DNA of 64,000 nucleotides from an uncultured Enterobacterales bacterium (GTDB lineage: Bacteria; Myxococcota_A; UBA796; CAJQPC01): positions 5,229 to 69,228 of the forward strand of contig CAZRYF010000016.1 of NCBI GenBank assembly GCA_964604165.1, written 5' to 3'. The position numbers and the translations under genes are program-made. Positions 63,879 through 64,000 of the stretch are shown piece by piece; position 1 is the stretch's first letter, and each line of letters begins with the position of its first letter. A model generated the notes under the pieces. The model worked only from the letters and a program-made list of their open reading frames with translations, did no database searches and was not told the DNA's origin.

Positions 63879-64000
63879 GCGGGGAGATAATCCATCCCCC
63901 CCCGCCCATGTCTCCCCTGTGCCCTGGTTGAGGCACCGCGGGGGGGAGATGCCCTTTCTCCCCCTGGTAGTGGGGAACTTCGGCCCGGGTTCGCCAGAAT

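Overview
High-GC bacterial chromosomal segment with strong G/C bias at codon third positions. It is gene-dense: I call 57 protein-coding genes and see no rRNA, tRNA, CRISPR array, transposase, integrase or phage genes. All calls rest on motif recognition in the supplied ORF translations plus manual inspection of start codons, SD sites, overlaps and hairpins. No BLAST or HMM search was possible.

The style suggests a Myxococcota/deltaproteobacterium-like organism (inference). The evidence is more than 12 lipobox lipoproteins with acidic low-complexity linkers, MopE-type Asp/Cys repeats, an NtrC-type activator and an ExbB-ExbD-ExbD cluster.

Gene order:
- 1-7.5 kb: polysaccharide cluster with 3 GT2, a Wzx-like flippase, a membrane-anchored AlkP-family enzyme and a GT1/GT4.
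- 7.5-9.5 kb: helical-repeat protein, a tiny acidic membrane protein and an 8x Cys-pair repeat protein.
- 9.5-13.6 kb: ExbB-ExbD-ExbD, a response regulator and two lipoproteins.
- 13.7-16 kb: LonC-like protease.
- 16-21 kb: lnt, ECF sigma, anti-sigma, secreted caspase and an Ig-like lipoprotein.
- 21-23 kb: two repeat-bearing envelope proteins.
- 23-37 kb: groEL-groES, divergent from dnaK-dnaJ, which runs directly into a complete MoxR/DUF58/BatA-E (Bat) operon.
- 37-42 kb: PDZ, LamG, Ig/PKD lipoproteins and a B12-radical SAM enzyme.
- 42-45 kb: NtrC-type regulator and HAMP histidine kinase.
- 45-48 kb: two PPIases and pdxA.
- 48-54.5 kb: two paralogous lipoproteins, hflX, 2x flotillin, nfeD and DUF423.
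- 54.6-59.5 kb: lipoprotein, a GT2-TPR-(TPST-like sulfotransferase) fusion and a TPR-sulfotransferase.
- 59.6-62 kb: proB-proA.
- 62-63.8 kb: MopE-repeat/beta-propeller-like lipoprotein.

Best leads:
1. The translationally coupled ECF sigma / anti-sigma (DUF4384-like sensor) / envelope caspase operon.
2. The SunS-like GT2 fused through TPRs to a full-length homolog of eukaryotic protein-tyrosine sulfotransferase.
3. dnaJ translationally coupled to the MoxR-Bat operon.
4. NfeD-flotillin-flotillin-HflX linkage.
5. An orphan, strand-specific intrinsic terminator. It implies an unannotated about 300-nt minus-strand RNA between dnaK and groES.

Many very long antisense 'shadow' ORFs (up to 1330 aa) were examined and rejected.
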